A DNA stretch of 64,000 nucleotides, taken from contig OX597825.1 in NCBI GenBank assembly GCA_951406725.2, forward strand, positions 47,182,001-47,246,000, written 5' to 3'. Every line of letters begins with the position of its first letter. The stretch's first letter is position 1. Of the stretch, positions 13,366 through 27,369 are shown piece after piece. The notes under the pieces are model-generated. The model made no database searches. It saw only the letters and a program-made list of their open reading frames with translations, and was not told the DNA's origin. Made by a program: the position numbers and the translations under genes. Source of the DNA: Octopus vulgaris (Eukaryota).

Positions 13366-13929
13366 TATTATTTTTGTGGAACCCATGTTTGAAACGTCGA
13401 TGGTAAGTTTTTTCCAGAATTGCTTTTCTTTTCTGTTTCCGGCCGCTGAAACTAATTATTGTTTTACAGAAATATCCAGGTTTCTACTGAAAAGTTTCAT
13501 TCCGTTTCACTCGAGGAACAAGACTCCGCCCGCTTCATAAATTTTGGGGATATATATTTTTTATCAATTTTTTTAAAGCATGGTCAGCCGTAACTTATAT
13601 CGAGGAATGGTCTCAGGACTAAGTGTATTTAGCTTAAATGACCTCGAAGCGGTTGTCACTCGCAGGGAAATTAGTAAACACCTACAAAAACAACAGCAAA
13701 AACAATGACTCACGACAACTCCAACCATAACTGTAAAGAAATTACTATCACCACCACCACCAACACCAACACCACCACCAACACCACCAACAACACCAAC
13801 GACAACAACGACAACAACAATAATAATGTAATCAGAGCAGCAGCAATAATGGAATCATCAATGAAAATAACAGTAGGATATTCTTCAAGGACAGTATCAC
13901 CAACAGTAACGATGAAAAATTTCCCAAGG

Positions 13930-15690
13930 CCTTCGGTTATTTTTTTGACACGAAACACGAAGGTTGCATTACTCAAATTGGATCGTGTGTGCTGGAAGAT
14001 GAAACGTGTACTGTGCCGGAGGCACAACAGGAAAACACAGCTAGAATTCTGTCTGTGGACGCTGCAGCAGCCGTGTGCTCTCCAATTCCAAACATGATGA
14101 GCGCGGCATTTTGGCAGCCCTACTTTCGAGGAACGGTACACTTGACAAAACGTGCTTTGAGACCTACCTCGATTGTTAGCTGCGAAAAGCCGATTTCACG
14201 AGAGGAAGTGTCAGATTTGTTGATCCACAGTGTAGGGTGAAAATCACCAGGATAGGATGTTATACCTTATGAGTTACATTTCCACATTCCTGACTTGTTC
14301 GCTTCTGTTTGAAGCTGGCAACAGACGAGGAGTGGTGACACTTTTGAGGAATGCGAACAAAGGGGATTGAAATTTTCAGACCCATGACTCTGGTCAACAC
14401 TGATTAAAAGTGCTCAATAAGAAACTGGCCCTTATCGTCAGTAGTGTGCTCGGAGACACGCAAGCTTGTACGATTCCCAACAGATCTATCTTCAACAACT
14501 TCCACCTCATACGTTACATCGTAGAGCGAGTCTGAAATAGACCCGGTTTTGGTGAGACACTGGTTAATTCGGATCAGTCCATGGTATTTGACAGAATAGA
14601 TCATTGCTATCTGGTGGCTATCCAACTATCTGTAGATTTCGGTCCCGTTTTGGGGACCACCACAACGCAAAGAAGCATCTACTTAGAAGTAAAATTAAGC
14701 GGTTTTTACAGTGAAAGTTTGAGGGGTACCCCACTGGAACTAGGTCACAGAAAGGCTATGTCTGCATACGCAATGCTGTTGCTGTCATAATGTCGAACAC
14801 TTCTGGTATAGAAGTGATCGACACTATATTGAAACAGTACGAGGTATGTACAGGAACACACATAAACCAGGAGAACTCGGTGGGTTTACAACAAGGTTTT
14901 CTCGCTTGACTGAGGCTCCGGTGAAAGTCTCGGTGCAAATCTTCAGACCAGATTTCCAGGTGAATAGGAACTGGAAAGAGGCTATGTGCAATGTCCAATT
15001 TCACACAGAAATGGGCTGAGTGGCAGCTGTCACTGAAAAGCTGAGCGAAAGAAGTGAATGTGTACATCACATCGGTTGGGTACAACTGCCTGGCCATCAT
15101 ACGTTGTCCCAAGAAAACCCTGAGCCTGCTTTTCTGATTCTTATAGTTCCGTTGGTCAGGAAATCCATCTGCTGTCAACACCCACTCTGTGCTGTAATTG
15201 TGGATGCATCGACATGTGCTGACGCTGATGCACACGAAGAAATATTTAAATCAGTCATGGTATAAATGACGACGACGAAAAGAAGGGCGGACTGGTGTAG
15301 ACTGCAGTTGTGGGTCAAGCACAGACGAGAATTGGGCGTTGGCATCTAAAATATTGTCAGGCACTCACATTATTTACCAGCTGGACAAAGCCATTAGCGT
15401 GGAAACAATTTCTATAGGGGGTAGTTGAGGGTATGAGTGAAGATGGCCAAGGATTCACTCACGGCATAGATGAGAACAGTCTTAGTGGTCACTACTTGAA
15501 CAACTTCAAAAGGTCCTTGGTATAGTAATGTTACAGGAAGCATTACCAGTTCGAGATAAGCTCTTCTGGCATGGAAGCGCTAATAGTCGAACCTGTCCGA
15601 GATATATGCAGGGAGACAGAACCGTTCTGCATACAGTCGTTCAGTGTCTGTGGATTAGTGATTTGTGGGCCTGTGTTGAGCATTCCATCT
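13930..15690 (+). mobile_element. Internally deleted, older copy of the L1/Tx1-like LINE
   Basis: 14760-14880 aligns with 10065-10180; 15550-15650 aligns with 10960-11050; most of EN/RT is missing. Confidence 0.7.
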
Positions 15691-17784
15691 TCCTATATTA
15701 ACCCTATCATTGTTCACTACAATTGTACAAGTCCACTTTACAAAGTACATCGATACATCTACTTATACTAAGCATGTCACACACTAGAGTAGCATATCTT
15801 CTCATTTCACGCGCCCATGCACATGCACATGCACATGCAGGCAAACACATATTCAATCAGCCCTTCAAAGTTTTCGTCACATCGTGACAAAGTTTTACCA
15901 CGCACATATCCTACTCATCCAAACCACCTGGTAACTTATTATATTACATAGATACACATGCATTTTCAAGAGAGTGGTTGTGTGTATATTATACGTATGC
16001 ACATTTACATGCCTAGGTTGATGTATTATACGTTACACTGTTGCACACCTAGTTACATGTATTTTAGATTCCTTGACACGAAATCATATACTATTTGGCT
16101 TCTACGCAAATGAATAGTTTGCACATTTAACTGCACAACACTATGCACATCCATTCAAATACGACTATCGTGAGCTCACTGCTATCATTCTTCACTTTCC
16201 CTTCCTCGCTAATTCCCTCGCTTCCTTCTTTCCTTCTGTCATTTTCCCCTTTTCCCTCTCTCTTTTTCATTATCTCCCTCACTCCCTCACTCTCCCTGAT
16301 TATTCTCTTGTTTAATCCATTCCTTTTCCCCATCTGACCTAACTGTGATCAAGTGTATGTCTTCACTTCCGGTTATTTTCCCTTTCACTTCTTAGTTTCC
16401 TTTTTACCTCAAGCCTTCTGAGTCTTATGTTCGGCACTGGAACGGAAACGTTACTTTGTTGCTATCCCCCCCCCCAAAAAAAAAAACTACTTCTTCAACC
16501 TAAAGAGGGAAAAGGGGAAGAAGTTTAGAAATAAATGTAAAAAAAAAATTGCAAACGATAAATTGATAAAATATTAAAAATATATTACCCATTAACTAGT
16601 CAAGAAATACTCGTGCAGAACATTTAAAATGCTATTGTCACTTTATTATTAAACCGAATAAAAAATTATCTAAAAACTTATCAGTAAATTATTAATTGGT
16701 TCAGCGAAAATGAAAAAAAAGGAGGGTAACACGTTTGACAACGATTATGATTATCTAAATTGGTGAATACAGATAATAATTTCAATAATTCAGATTACCA
16801 AATTCACAGTCGTTTACTCCTCCCCCTCAACAAACTTTCGTAATCTATGGAAACATTCAAAATAGTGTCCCATCCTCAGAAGGATTTCTACCCCCTTTAC
16901 GCACTGATGAACACCAATCCGTTGACATTATTTTATTCTTAATAATATCGTCATCTATTGCATTCTAGACACCCCCTTGCATTGTTACAGAGATATAGAA
17001 GCATCTCTTGTTAATTAAGGACATTGCAATGTAGCGTCTATCAAAAGTCGGAACATAATCGTAGCGGATATCAAGAAAACATTATTAAACTATATACTTC
17101 TACACTTACAAAATACACAGCTCAAACTTCAGTCTACATAAATGCAAAGAATTAGAATATTTGACGGTCACTCCTTATGATTTTGCTCAAAAACATTGAT
17201 GTCTGCATCGCTTCAGGGAAAGAAAATGTTTTGTCCCTAAGAATTTGTCGACCCCCTACATATTACGATATTATGGGTGCAATTATCATATCTGGGACTG
17301 TACATATTACAAGTGCAATTTTTTTTCCAGTACGTAGATCTACAAAATATAAATCGAGAGAGGTCCACACAAAGTCACGCTACAACAACTAGTTCACATA
17401 CACACTGCCTGTTTAAAATTCTTATTTCTCTTGTTCTTACAATTCCTTTCACAATGAAAACATTTTGCCCTAAATACTAGTCACAATTATTTCCCTTGGA
17501 AATCCATTTAAATGAAAGCATATGTTTTATAGAAGTTGGCACAAGCAATTTCAGACAACTCACCATACTGGCAGTATCTAGAATTACAAGAATTTTCTTT
17601 CCTACACTGATTAGTATAAAGGGTTCGTGTGTTAAGGTTTTCATATAGATATTACCTATAAATAGACGCCTTTAGTCATGAAAATGTAAACAATATCCTT
17701 TTTTATGCAAGAATTATTTTGGATAAACAAAATTGTAACCTTTTAAGATATAAGATACGAGTAATACATAATTTTCTTTAAGGA

Positions 17785-17980
17785 AACGAGCTGGCAGAAC
17801 CGTTAGCACGCTGGGTAAGATGCTTGCTGCATTGCATCCTTCTTTACGTACTAAGTTCAAATTTCTCTTAGGTCGACTTTGCCTTTCAGCCTTTCAAGGT
17901 GGATAAAATAAGTACCAGCTGAGTAATCGACTTAGTACATCCCCCAAAATTGCTGGCCTTGCGCTCAAATTTGACACCAA
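17785..17980 (+). mobile_element. tRNA-derived SINE
   Basis: GAGCTGGCAGAACCGTTAGCACG...GGTCGACTTTGCCTTTCA...AATAAGTACCAG. Confidence 0.8.
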
Positions 17981-18369
17981 TATATAACTCTCCTACCTTT
18001 ACTCTTCCCACTTTATCATCTACATTCGTAATGTTGTTATCAATATTTAGAATATCTCTGTCCTACATATATAGCTTCGATAAAGCTATATAATTTAATG
18101 AAAAATATTTTACAAAATATTTTTAAAGCATGTTGATTTCACGAACATTATGTGCGCGTGTGTGTGTGTGCGTGTGTGTGAATGTGTGTGTGTACTTTCA
18201 CACGGACACACACATGTATGAACATGTATATTTACATTATTTATACACATACGTACATGAGTACATCTAACATGCACACACATACATACTCTAATTAGTT
18301 CGCTTCGTTATCGTAATAGCATTGAAAATCAAGTACATAAGGATGCTCTTTAAATAAACAATGCACCTA

Positions 18370-18520
18370 ATATTGGTTTCAGATCTTGGCACAATTCCAG
18401 TAATTTCAGGCAGGGGGATAAGTCGATTACATCGATCCCAAAAGGATGAAGCGCAAACGCGACTCCGGTGGTATTTGAACTCAGAACCGTAAACGCAGTA
18501 ACAATTCTGCCAGCTCTCCG
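18370..18520 (-). mobile_element. tRNA-derived SINE, internally deleted
   Basis: TTTGAACTCAGAAC and TTCTGCCAGCTC are the reverse complement of the family head. Confidence 0.7.
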
Positions 18521-19425
18521 TCTTACAATGCACTAAATATTAAGTACTTTTCCCCTCTACCGTTGGCAAAATCTTCTGTAACACGTAATGTATAATTCAC
18601 TACAATGGTACACCGACAAGTACATATAAATACAAATACTGTACGTACATCCATACATACATGTAAACATATATATGTAATGTGTGTATGCTCATTAAAA
18701 ATGTTTTATTTATTATATTTATTCTTTTATTTTCAGATAACCATTCTGCATTAATTAGATGTGGTTAATTATTTAAATATGCAATTTTCCCCTTCGTGGT
18801 GGAATATTTCGTGGCCAAGAGGATGTATAAGATTCTTCTATGTTGAAAACTGCAACAGGATTGCCAAGAGACAACAACAAAAAACGAAACAAAACAAAAC
18901 AAAAACGGCACATTTTAAAAGAAATTGAAAAGGTGAAACGCTGATATATTACGTCTGGGATATATACACGCATACATACATACATACAAACATACATACA
19001 TACATATATATACATACATACATATATACATACATATATACATACATACATACATACATATATGTATGTATGTATGTATATGTATGTATTCATACATACA
19101 CATGTTAACAGAATAATTAATGCGTTTAAATTCAGCTGTACATAGTATTAGTCGTTTGTGACATTCTGGAACACAACCAGCCAAAAGATACAGAAGATTA
19201 ATGAAATTCTAAGACGCAAAAATATATTTGGCGTTCAAAAGGAAAAGAAAAAAAGTTTAATAAATGTCCACCGGAGGAGATTTTTGTAAAAATTGAAGAA
19301 TGTCTTACATAAATTTATATTTTTCTATATATAAACGCAACTCATAAAAACACAGCAAGCTGCATTGATCTTCTGTGAGAGTTTTTCGGAAAAGTTTATT
19401 TCGCACATTATATAAACCTTTGGGA

Positions 19426-19522
<97 letters not shown>

Positions 19523-19821
19523 GTATATGCATATATGTTGCATATGCATTTGTATCTGAAAAACTATCGAAACGTTAATATCTAAAAAAGCAATGGTTTA
19601 AGGTAGAATATTCTTTGTCTACAAAATAAGATCGATATTTTAACTGCCACTTTAGTGAGTAGTAAGTCCTTACTGCCACTCTCACCCGGCATTCACTACC
19701 ATTGCTGTGCTGCACAGCGTTATCACCAATTTCAAAACAGTTAGATTCACGCCTGGTCAATAACCAAAACAGACCTGTTTAACAGGAACAACTTTTTCAA
19801 ATACACCGAACTTGTGTCTTT

Positions 19822-19891
19822 ATGATCTCCGACGAAAACGTGTCAAGTACCGTAAATAGCAGCAATGAAGGGGTATTTAATACAAGTGCAG
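19822..19891 (+). CDS. Possible first coding exon of a host membrane protein (speculative)
   Basis: ATG ORF MISDENVSSTVNSSNEGVFNTSA with three N-x-S sequons, ending at CAG|GTCGGT, a donor-like site, in non-repetitive sequence. Confidence 0.2.
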
Positions 19892-19898
19892 GTCGGTA

Positions 19899-19956
<58 letters not shown>

Positions 19957-21614
19957 GTTATTATTGATGTTGTTATTGTTGGTATTGGTGGTGTGTATGG
20001 TTTTGTTTTTCTGGTGCTAGTCGTAGTGTTGGCGACGCACTTAGTTATTACAATATCTAGCTCTGTGGCCAATGTTTGTGCTTTGTTTCAAATGCCAACG
20101 GCATTGATTTTGCTTTTATATTATTCTTAGGTTGATAATGTAAGTACTTAATCGTATAATCAGACAGATCAATCGCTCGTTCATCCAGAATACCTGATAC
20201 CAAAGAATTCATTATTGTATTTTTATGTCTCTATCCTGGTAAAAATCAGGAGATAGCAGTCATTAATTCCATTTCACAACGAATAAACTCACAAAATAGT
20301 TTTTTCTCAAAATAAAACTAAGATTTTGTACCTAACCAAGACATTATTCTTCTCCTTGTTGTTTTTATTGCTAATGATAGCTTCATAGTTTTTGCGTATA
20401 GGATTACTCTGAAAATATCGACATCTATAATTTTTAACGACTATTTTCGTATGAAATGGAAATCTATGTTTAATAACCATTTGCTTTTAAAACCGTATTA
20501 TTTTTGTAACCACCTCAGTTGAAATTTTATAAAGGCAGTATTTCAAAAGAAACCTCTAAAGTTTTATGATATTGATAACAGTTTACTTTTTAAGTTATCT
20601 TCTTTAAAGTCAGTATTATTTCCAGGAAACATTCACTAGCCTCACAAACCAGCATCCATAACAACTGATATTTATAACTGAAAAACGCTGGCAATATTTG
20701 TTCTCGTTGATAAATTAATCAACGAATAAAGATTTTGAATATTTTAATGACGCAAATTAATCCTCAATTAATTTAATTGTAATCCATTTAGCGCTTTTTC
20801 CTTATAAATCCAACACTTGTATTTAATGCATTTAACACATTTGTACCTACATCAACTTATTAACGCTTAATTTAGTTGAAAGTTCATAATTTTTACTTCC
20901 ATTTGAGTGGATTGAATTCTTTGGCAGAGAACATCTAAAAGTACCTAAAACATTTAAACATCGTTTAATATTAGTAAACGAGATTTAGCAGTTGCAAATA
21001 CATTACAAATAAAATAACATTCCTTCTTATCTCGTAACGTCTATGAAAGGAGAGATTCGCAAGTTCTACACACATGAATATTTTTATTTATTCCTTAAAT
21101 GAGTGATTAAATATTGAATAACATTTGATTACCAGCTAAGAAAAGTAAAACCATACAATAGGTTCAATATCTGTAACCGCACTTGCATTCATGGTTTTCA
21201 GAACAACATTATCATTAAGTTGCTGTCTGTTGCTTATTTCACTTTAATTTTTCTACAGCACACAAGAAGTCGTTATTTGAAAATGAGTATCAGAAAACAA
21301 AACATTTCCAACTAATTTAAGTAAATAGCCTTTCATACCAAAATAACACTGCAATATTTCACGAAATAGTTATTTACATGAATATTGATTTCATTAAAAT
21401 ATGCCTTATATTTGTATGTCATGGACTGCATTGTAATAACACTTTTAACATACCATAAAATTAATGGTGGGAAGATTTAAAGAAATATGAATAAGATGTG
21501 AAATATTCGATTCTTCATTGGAAGAAAACTAAATTATATCCCTTAAACTAATTAATATATATTTGAAGAACAAAGATAACACTGAGAAAAGTATACATGG
21601 TACGCTTTGTGTGA

Positions 21615-21702
<88 letters not shown>

Positions 21703-21807
21703 GAAATATTAAAATTACTAAGTCTCTCTAAAAGAGAACAACGGCAGCTAGGTAAATAAAACCTTCGAACAGAGATTGTCAGAAGCGACACCTACTGGTC
21801 TGGCTAC

Positions 21808-21849
21808 GCTGCATTGAAAAGGGGCAATACCCCGAAACGCGTCTGTAGC
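21808..21849 (+). ncRNA. Minimal hammerhead motif with two core substitutions, in a TA-flanked element (~21697-22018)
   Basis: GCTGCA TTGAAAA GGGG CAATA CCCC GAAA CGCG TC TGTAGC: 6-bp stem I, 4-bp stem II, palindromic CGCG loop. Confidence 0.7.
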
Positions 21850-22129
21850 TGCCGGTCAAGTAGTGTGGAGCGACTGACCTCCCTTGTTCGAAGGTTATAT
21901 GGATACAGTTTGTGTATCAAATAGCTAAACTTAAGGCGATGGCCTCATGGAGCTAATAAGCGGACAGCTTTATTCTTATTTTTATAAGAATGCCATATTA
22001 GTATGGCGATAACTATTATTATATATATATATGTATGTATGTATGTACGTATGTATGAATAAGCGGGTCCTGGCTTGGGTTAATATCCCAAGTTATAAAG
22101 TCTGCGGGGTTGCCCAAAAATTATGATAA

Positions 22130-22490
22130 GAGACCGGACAGTATTACCCTTTGTTTTTGAGTAAGAGGTAAGTGTCTCATCTGGGATGCCGCAATCTGTG
22201 ACTCCTTTGCTCCTCTCCACATCCTGAATGCAGCAGTAAATGGGAGGGTCACTGCTTTGGTAGATAAAGGGAACTAAATCCTGAAATATCGGGACTTGTC
22301 GGTGAGCCATTTCTTCCAGCGTGAGGCGTTTGAGATGTTTGGAGGTGCTTGGCCACTAAGAACGAAGTTCTTGTCATCGTTAGCAGCTCGCCTTACCGAG
22401 GTGTCCGGTAATGCACGCGAGGGTGCTTGGCTGTTCCAACACCTTTGCCTCGATAATACAGCAGACTTGCTGGCTTGCTTCTGTAGGTTC
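22130..22490 (+). mobile_element. CRE-like non-LTR retrotransposon restriction-like endonuclease fragment
   Basis: RPD.IT, GKCLIWDA, and AFEMFG.W...FLSSLAARLTEVSGNAREGAWLFQ motifs. Confidence 0.65.
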
Positions 22491-23222
22491 CATTGAGCTT
22501 TGTGATGTGCAACCAATTGTTCCACTTAGTGTTGAACTGATGTTTTTTATTCTTTCTTCTTTTTTCCTGTTTTGTGTTCTTCCTTCGCTAATGTTTGTGC
22601 TTTCTTCGGTTATGGAATTGTGTTTTAATGTAGTCTTGTATTATATATGTATCATATACATACGTCTTATATATATGTAATTATTAAATTCAAATCTTAA
22701 TCTTCATGGATCATTTATAAAATAAAAGTTGTATATTTTATTTTGTGTTCAACCGCCGGAATGATGAGGAACATCTGGTCAATTTTAAGGTTGAATGATT
22801 GCACTACAACTTTGTTTAAAAAGAAGAAAAGGTGTGTGCAGCCAGTCTCACTCTCCGGCTCGTAACCATCTTCAATTCAGTGGCAAGACTAGATAAAGGC
22901 GTTTTGGCTTGGAGACAGATGCAGTGGATGACCAAGATGTCCTATTTCCTTCAACTTGCTCTCTGCATTCCATTCCACAATACGTTGTTGCAGCCGCTTT
23001 CTCTTCCGTTGAACTATGAAAGTTTCTTCCGCAGAACCTGAGAGGTGCTACTACTTTAAGTCAGAATAGACTTTAGAACAATAATGATTGTGGTAGTTCA
23101 ACACTACTCAAAACCCTGAAACTTCTGAAGCAGGTCCCCACTACCGGATGCAGTTTAAAGCCATACCCATGGCACTTAACCATCCATCCATCTGTTCGTC
23201 CGTCCGTCCGCCCGTCTGACTG

Positions 23223-23260
<38 letters not shown>

Positions 23261-24749
23261 AACAAATCCACCATTAGGTCTCTGACCAATGAACAGGGGC
23301 ACGAATTACTCGAGTCCGAAAGGATGTGTACTTTGCCCGACTGTTCGGGACAACTGGTGTGTCAGAACGCTGAGTAGACTTTAGTGCCTATCTACATGGC
23401 CTCCCACGTCTCTCGACAAGAGAGGCGGAATGTTGTGAAAGACCCATCAAAGCAGCGGATGTAAGGAATGCTGTGGCAGCTGCGCAAGAGACAAGTCGCC
23501 AGGCTTGGATGGTCTGCTCTACAAGCTTTATTGTCACAGAGAGGCAGAAACAGGTGTCTTGCTATAACAGAGTTGGGGCATTAGCGGATGTGATCTGGTA
23601 TCAGATGATGAAAGGTTAGAGTATGACAGAGAAACACAGAGGCAGAAATAGGTGTGCTGCAATAAGGAGGTACATGCTTATGAACCAAAATGGCCAGTTT
23701 CGGGCATCGTCTTTTAAGAGTACCTCGTTCATTCTATAGAGTCATATCATATTTTGACAGGGAGGGAGAGAGAGAGAGAAAGAGAGAAGAAAGGTAGAGA
23801 GAGAGAAGTGAAAGAGAGGGAAAGGAAGCGAGAGAGAAAGAGAAAGAGAAAAAAAAAGGAACAAGAAAGAGGACAGAAACAGGTGTGCGGATTTAGAGGA
23901 AATATTTGGTGACCTAGTCAGAGGAAAACTAAGAGAAGGAGAAAGTAATCAAGAATGAGGGCAGAAATAGGTGTGCTGCTAGAGATACATGGCTACCCAG
24001 CCAGAGGGAACAGCAAGGGAAAGAGAAAGAGAGAGTAGGAAACATCATCTGCTAAATACTCTCGCTTCCTTTCTGAATCCCAAATCCAGCTATCACTATC
24101 TCTACCTCATCGGATCATCTAATCATTGCTTAATTTAGAAGAAAAGTTAGTTTACCATGGCATCAAATGAGTTTTCTTCCTACCTTGACCCACATGGGAA
24201 CAATAACAGCTTCCAAAGTAAGTCCACAAGCATAGCTTAGAAGCAGCCAGAATTTAAAAACAGCCAAGTGTCTTATTGGCTGCAGCGGTAAATATTTACA
24301 GTTTATGAATAATACCTATTCCATTTGGGTAATGCTTTTTACTACTACGGCCTTATGTTTACTGACCAATTCAATGACTGCAATAGTTCATTAGGGAATA
24401 ATTTACCTTCACACATAGCACAAACGATAACCTCTACCGATTCTTAAATTTTGACCAAGTCTAGCCACCAATTTTTAACCTAGTAAGATATTTCAGTATA
24501 AATCCTGCTTCATTTGAAATGCTACCGACACTCCTGTCTTCCTGTAGGAAAATCAATCCTTTATAAGCATTCATATCTAACTAGGTTACCGATCTGACGA
24601 TTAACTCGGTGTCTTGACTGCCTTTCTGCTGTAACCCGTAAGTCGTAATTCATTCGCCTCATCCTCACACCATTTCTAGAAGCTCCGTGAAGGTAATTAT
24701 CTTGCTTTTCTGCTCGATCAGCCGTAAAAATCCTTACCTGGAATACATT

Positions 24750-25600
24750 TGATCATAGAACTGGTAGACTACCAGCCAAATAGATCGATACACGCCGCCA
24801 AACCCCATGAGTCACAGACTGATCCCATTGTTATGAAGTTTGGCGTTTCGGGTGAATAGAAACTGGACCGAGGTTATGCACATTGTGGACAGCGTTATCC
24901 ATAAATTGGCTAAGAATGAACTGTCTCTAAAAGATTGGGCAGAGGTGGTGAACGCGTTTCACATATTCATCGACTTCTTTATTTAATACCAACTGGCCGT
25001 CGAGCCGTATAACAGTTTTCATATGCTCAGATTAAGGTTTCTGCTCTTTCTCTTCGTACGAGAGGGACGAATTCCACTGGTTAGGCTGTCCACCTGCTTC
25101 CAGTAATCTCTATACAGAGAGATTGTGAAGGCTGTCACTCACTGAGGCTTCGAAAACTGCAGAAATTACTGGACGATAAATGTGGTCTCTTTTTGTCTGA
25201 AAAATAGAGTGGCTGGCGTATGGAATTATATCAGGTGATCCCAACTCTCTACCTGACGGTCAACACGGTCGATTGAGTGTCTAAACTGATATTTTATATT
25301 GGATTGAGATCTATTGAACAGATGATTTCAAAGACCTTTCAGTCTTGAAGTACATACTACTTCTTAGAATCTCTAGTCTGGCAATACTACTAGGGATGAA
25401 TATATTAGAGGTTTAGGATAAACTCTATAGACATTGTTGTACCGTCAGCCTAGCTCTTCCAAGATACACGCACATAAACAAAATAAGGCACTTGAACGTT
25501 GCTGAGCAGTGGGTTTATGTCAATTAACTATTGTCACAATCTCTGTTGGTTTTCTTTTCTCCTTAAACCTATATGTCAATTTAGCCTTTGTTTTATTGGC
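24750..25600 (+). mobile_element. Third, strongly decayed L1/Tx1-like 3' fragment
   Basis: 24905-24960 aligns with 10355-10410 (WA...LSL...AEVVN). Confidence 0.55.
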
Positions 25601-27369
25601 TCATTTACCGACGAAAGAATTTGATTTGTTTTCTTTGGGACTTGTAGTTATTTCTATTAACTTTCTATTGTTCATGACTAGATAATTTATACTTCAACCG
25701 AGGAAATATTTTAAATAGATATATAGTTGTTAGAGGAAGCTCTCAAAGTGCTGATAAAGATGGTCTGGTTCTCGATCACAGAAACAGACAAAGTCAATGT
25801 CTTCTTCCCAGCAATACCACCCCGTCGACTTAAAATGGAGATTGGATAAAAGCAGCTGATCGTTGCGGAGAAAAAAAGAAGAAAAAGAGGAAGAAATAGA
25901 CGAAGGTTGACGAGAAACGGCAAAATATGTCTAAAACACATTAAAAATATTCCACCCAAAAGGACGAAATACAATTCATGCTCGTAGGATGGAGCAACAA
26001 AAAGCGGGTAAAGATGATGGGTAAAATATATGAAGGGTAATATATGAAGGTAATATATGAAGGGTAAAATATATGACCAATATATTCCGACGAAAGGTTG
26101 TTGGTGAAAACTAACTCAATAATTTGGTAAACAAAAGCCTCCTGAAAACTTTGGATGCCTTTTAGTGTGGCCTTTAGTAAAAAATTATTATAGTCACCCT
26201 TTCGTCTACTCAGTTGCAATATAATGAATGGCAAGTGGTCAGAGTTGTTGTGTGCAAAGATCCAAGGCAGGTAATTACCTGCAGTGGTTAGGTCATTGTT
26301 TGGATTATGTTACGTATATTTTTATACAATCTACAATATATATGAGTGTATGTGAATATGTCACGGGAAGGACCCGAAACGGTGCATCCTCGAGAAAAAC
26401 ATATTTATTTTTCGAAATCTGCGTACCAATGACTAGGTATTTAGTTATAATCAATAAAAAATGTAATTTGCTGCGAGAAATAACTCTATTCTTAGAACAA
26501 CAAATCTTCTACTTTTGCCTCCATCAGACTATCTCTCTATTTTGTGCCTTTCCCTCCTCTCTATATATTTACTACGCTCATTATCACTCTCCGTCTCTAT
26601 ATGTATATCTCTCACGAATGCTATTCCCGGCTCTTTTTCTCTCGATATGACATGCAGTTGCTTTTAGTTTCATTGTTTAAATCTTCGCCGTTCTCATGTT
26701 TATTTTCATTCTGTGATCGACGGCTGTGATAGACAGTAGAAAATGATTGCATCCAAATCGTGTTTATGACAGTGTAAAATTTATCAAAGTTTAAACCTCT
26801 GTAACATTTTACTAATTTTTTTTTGGAATACATGAATACCAAAACTGGATTCAGCTTGAAAAAATACATCAGTATACCAAATTTGGAAATTTTTACTTCA
26901 TTTAAAACTTTTTTAATCTGGGACGGTAACAGAAAAGATTCCGTCTCTTTATTTGTCTGTCTCTTTCATTTACGCTTTTCCGATTTTAAACTTTCCCCTT
27001 CTCTCTACATATTTACCACACTCTTGCTCTGTATATCCATATTGCTCACATTGTGTGTGTGTGTGCGCGTGTGTTTACCTGTGTGTATGTGTGTGTGCGT
27101 GTGTGTGTGTGTGTGCATGTGTGTGTGTATGTATGTGTGTGTGTGTGTGTGTGAATGTGTGTATGATGCATACGTGTAAGGAATTTCATTGGGGCTACAG
27201 AGTTGATCAGCAGCAAACTATGCACCAAATGGAAAAGCAAAAACTTCGTTTGTCGATACATTATAAATTGCCCAAAATAATGCAGAAATCTGTCCTGATC
27301 AAACGGCCTATCCGTCGGAGAAGACATGGTCTTACATTGAACAAACAAAAAAAAAATGAAGAGAACGTC

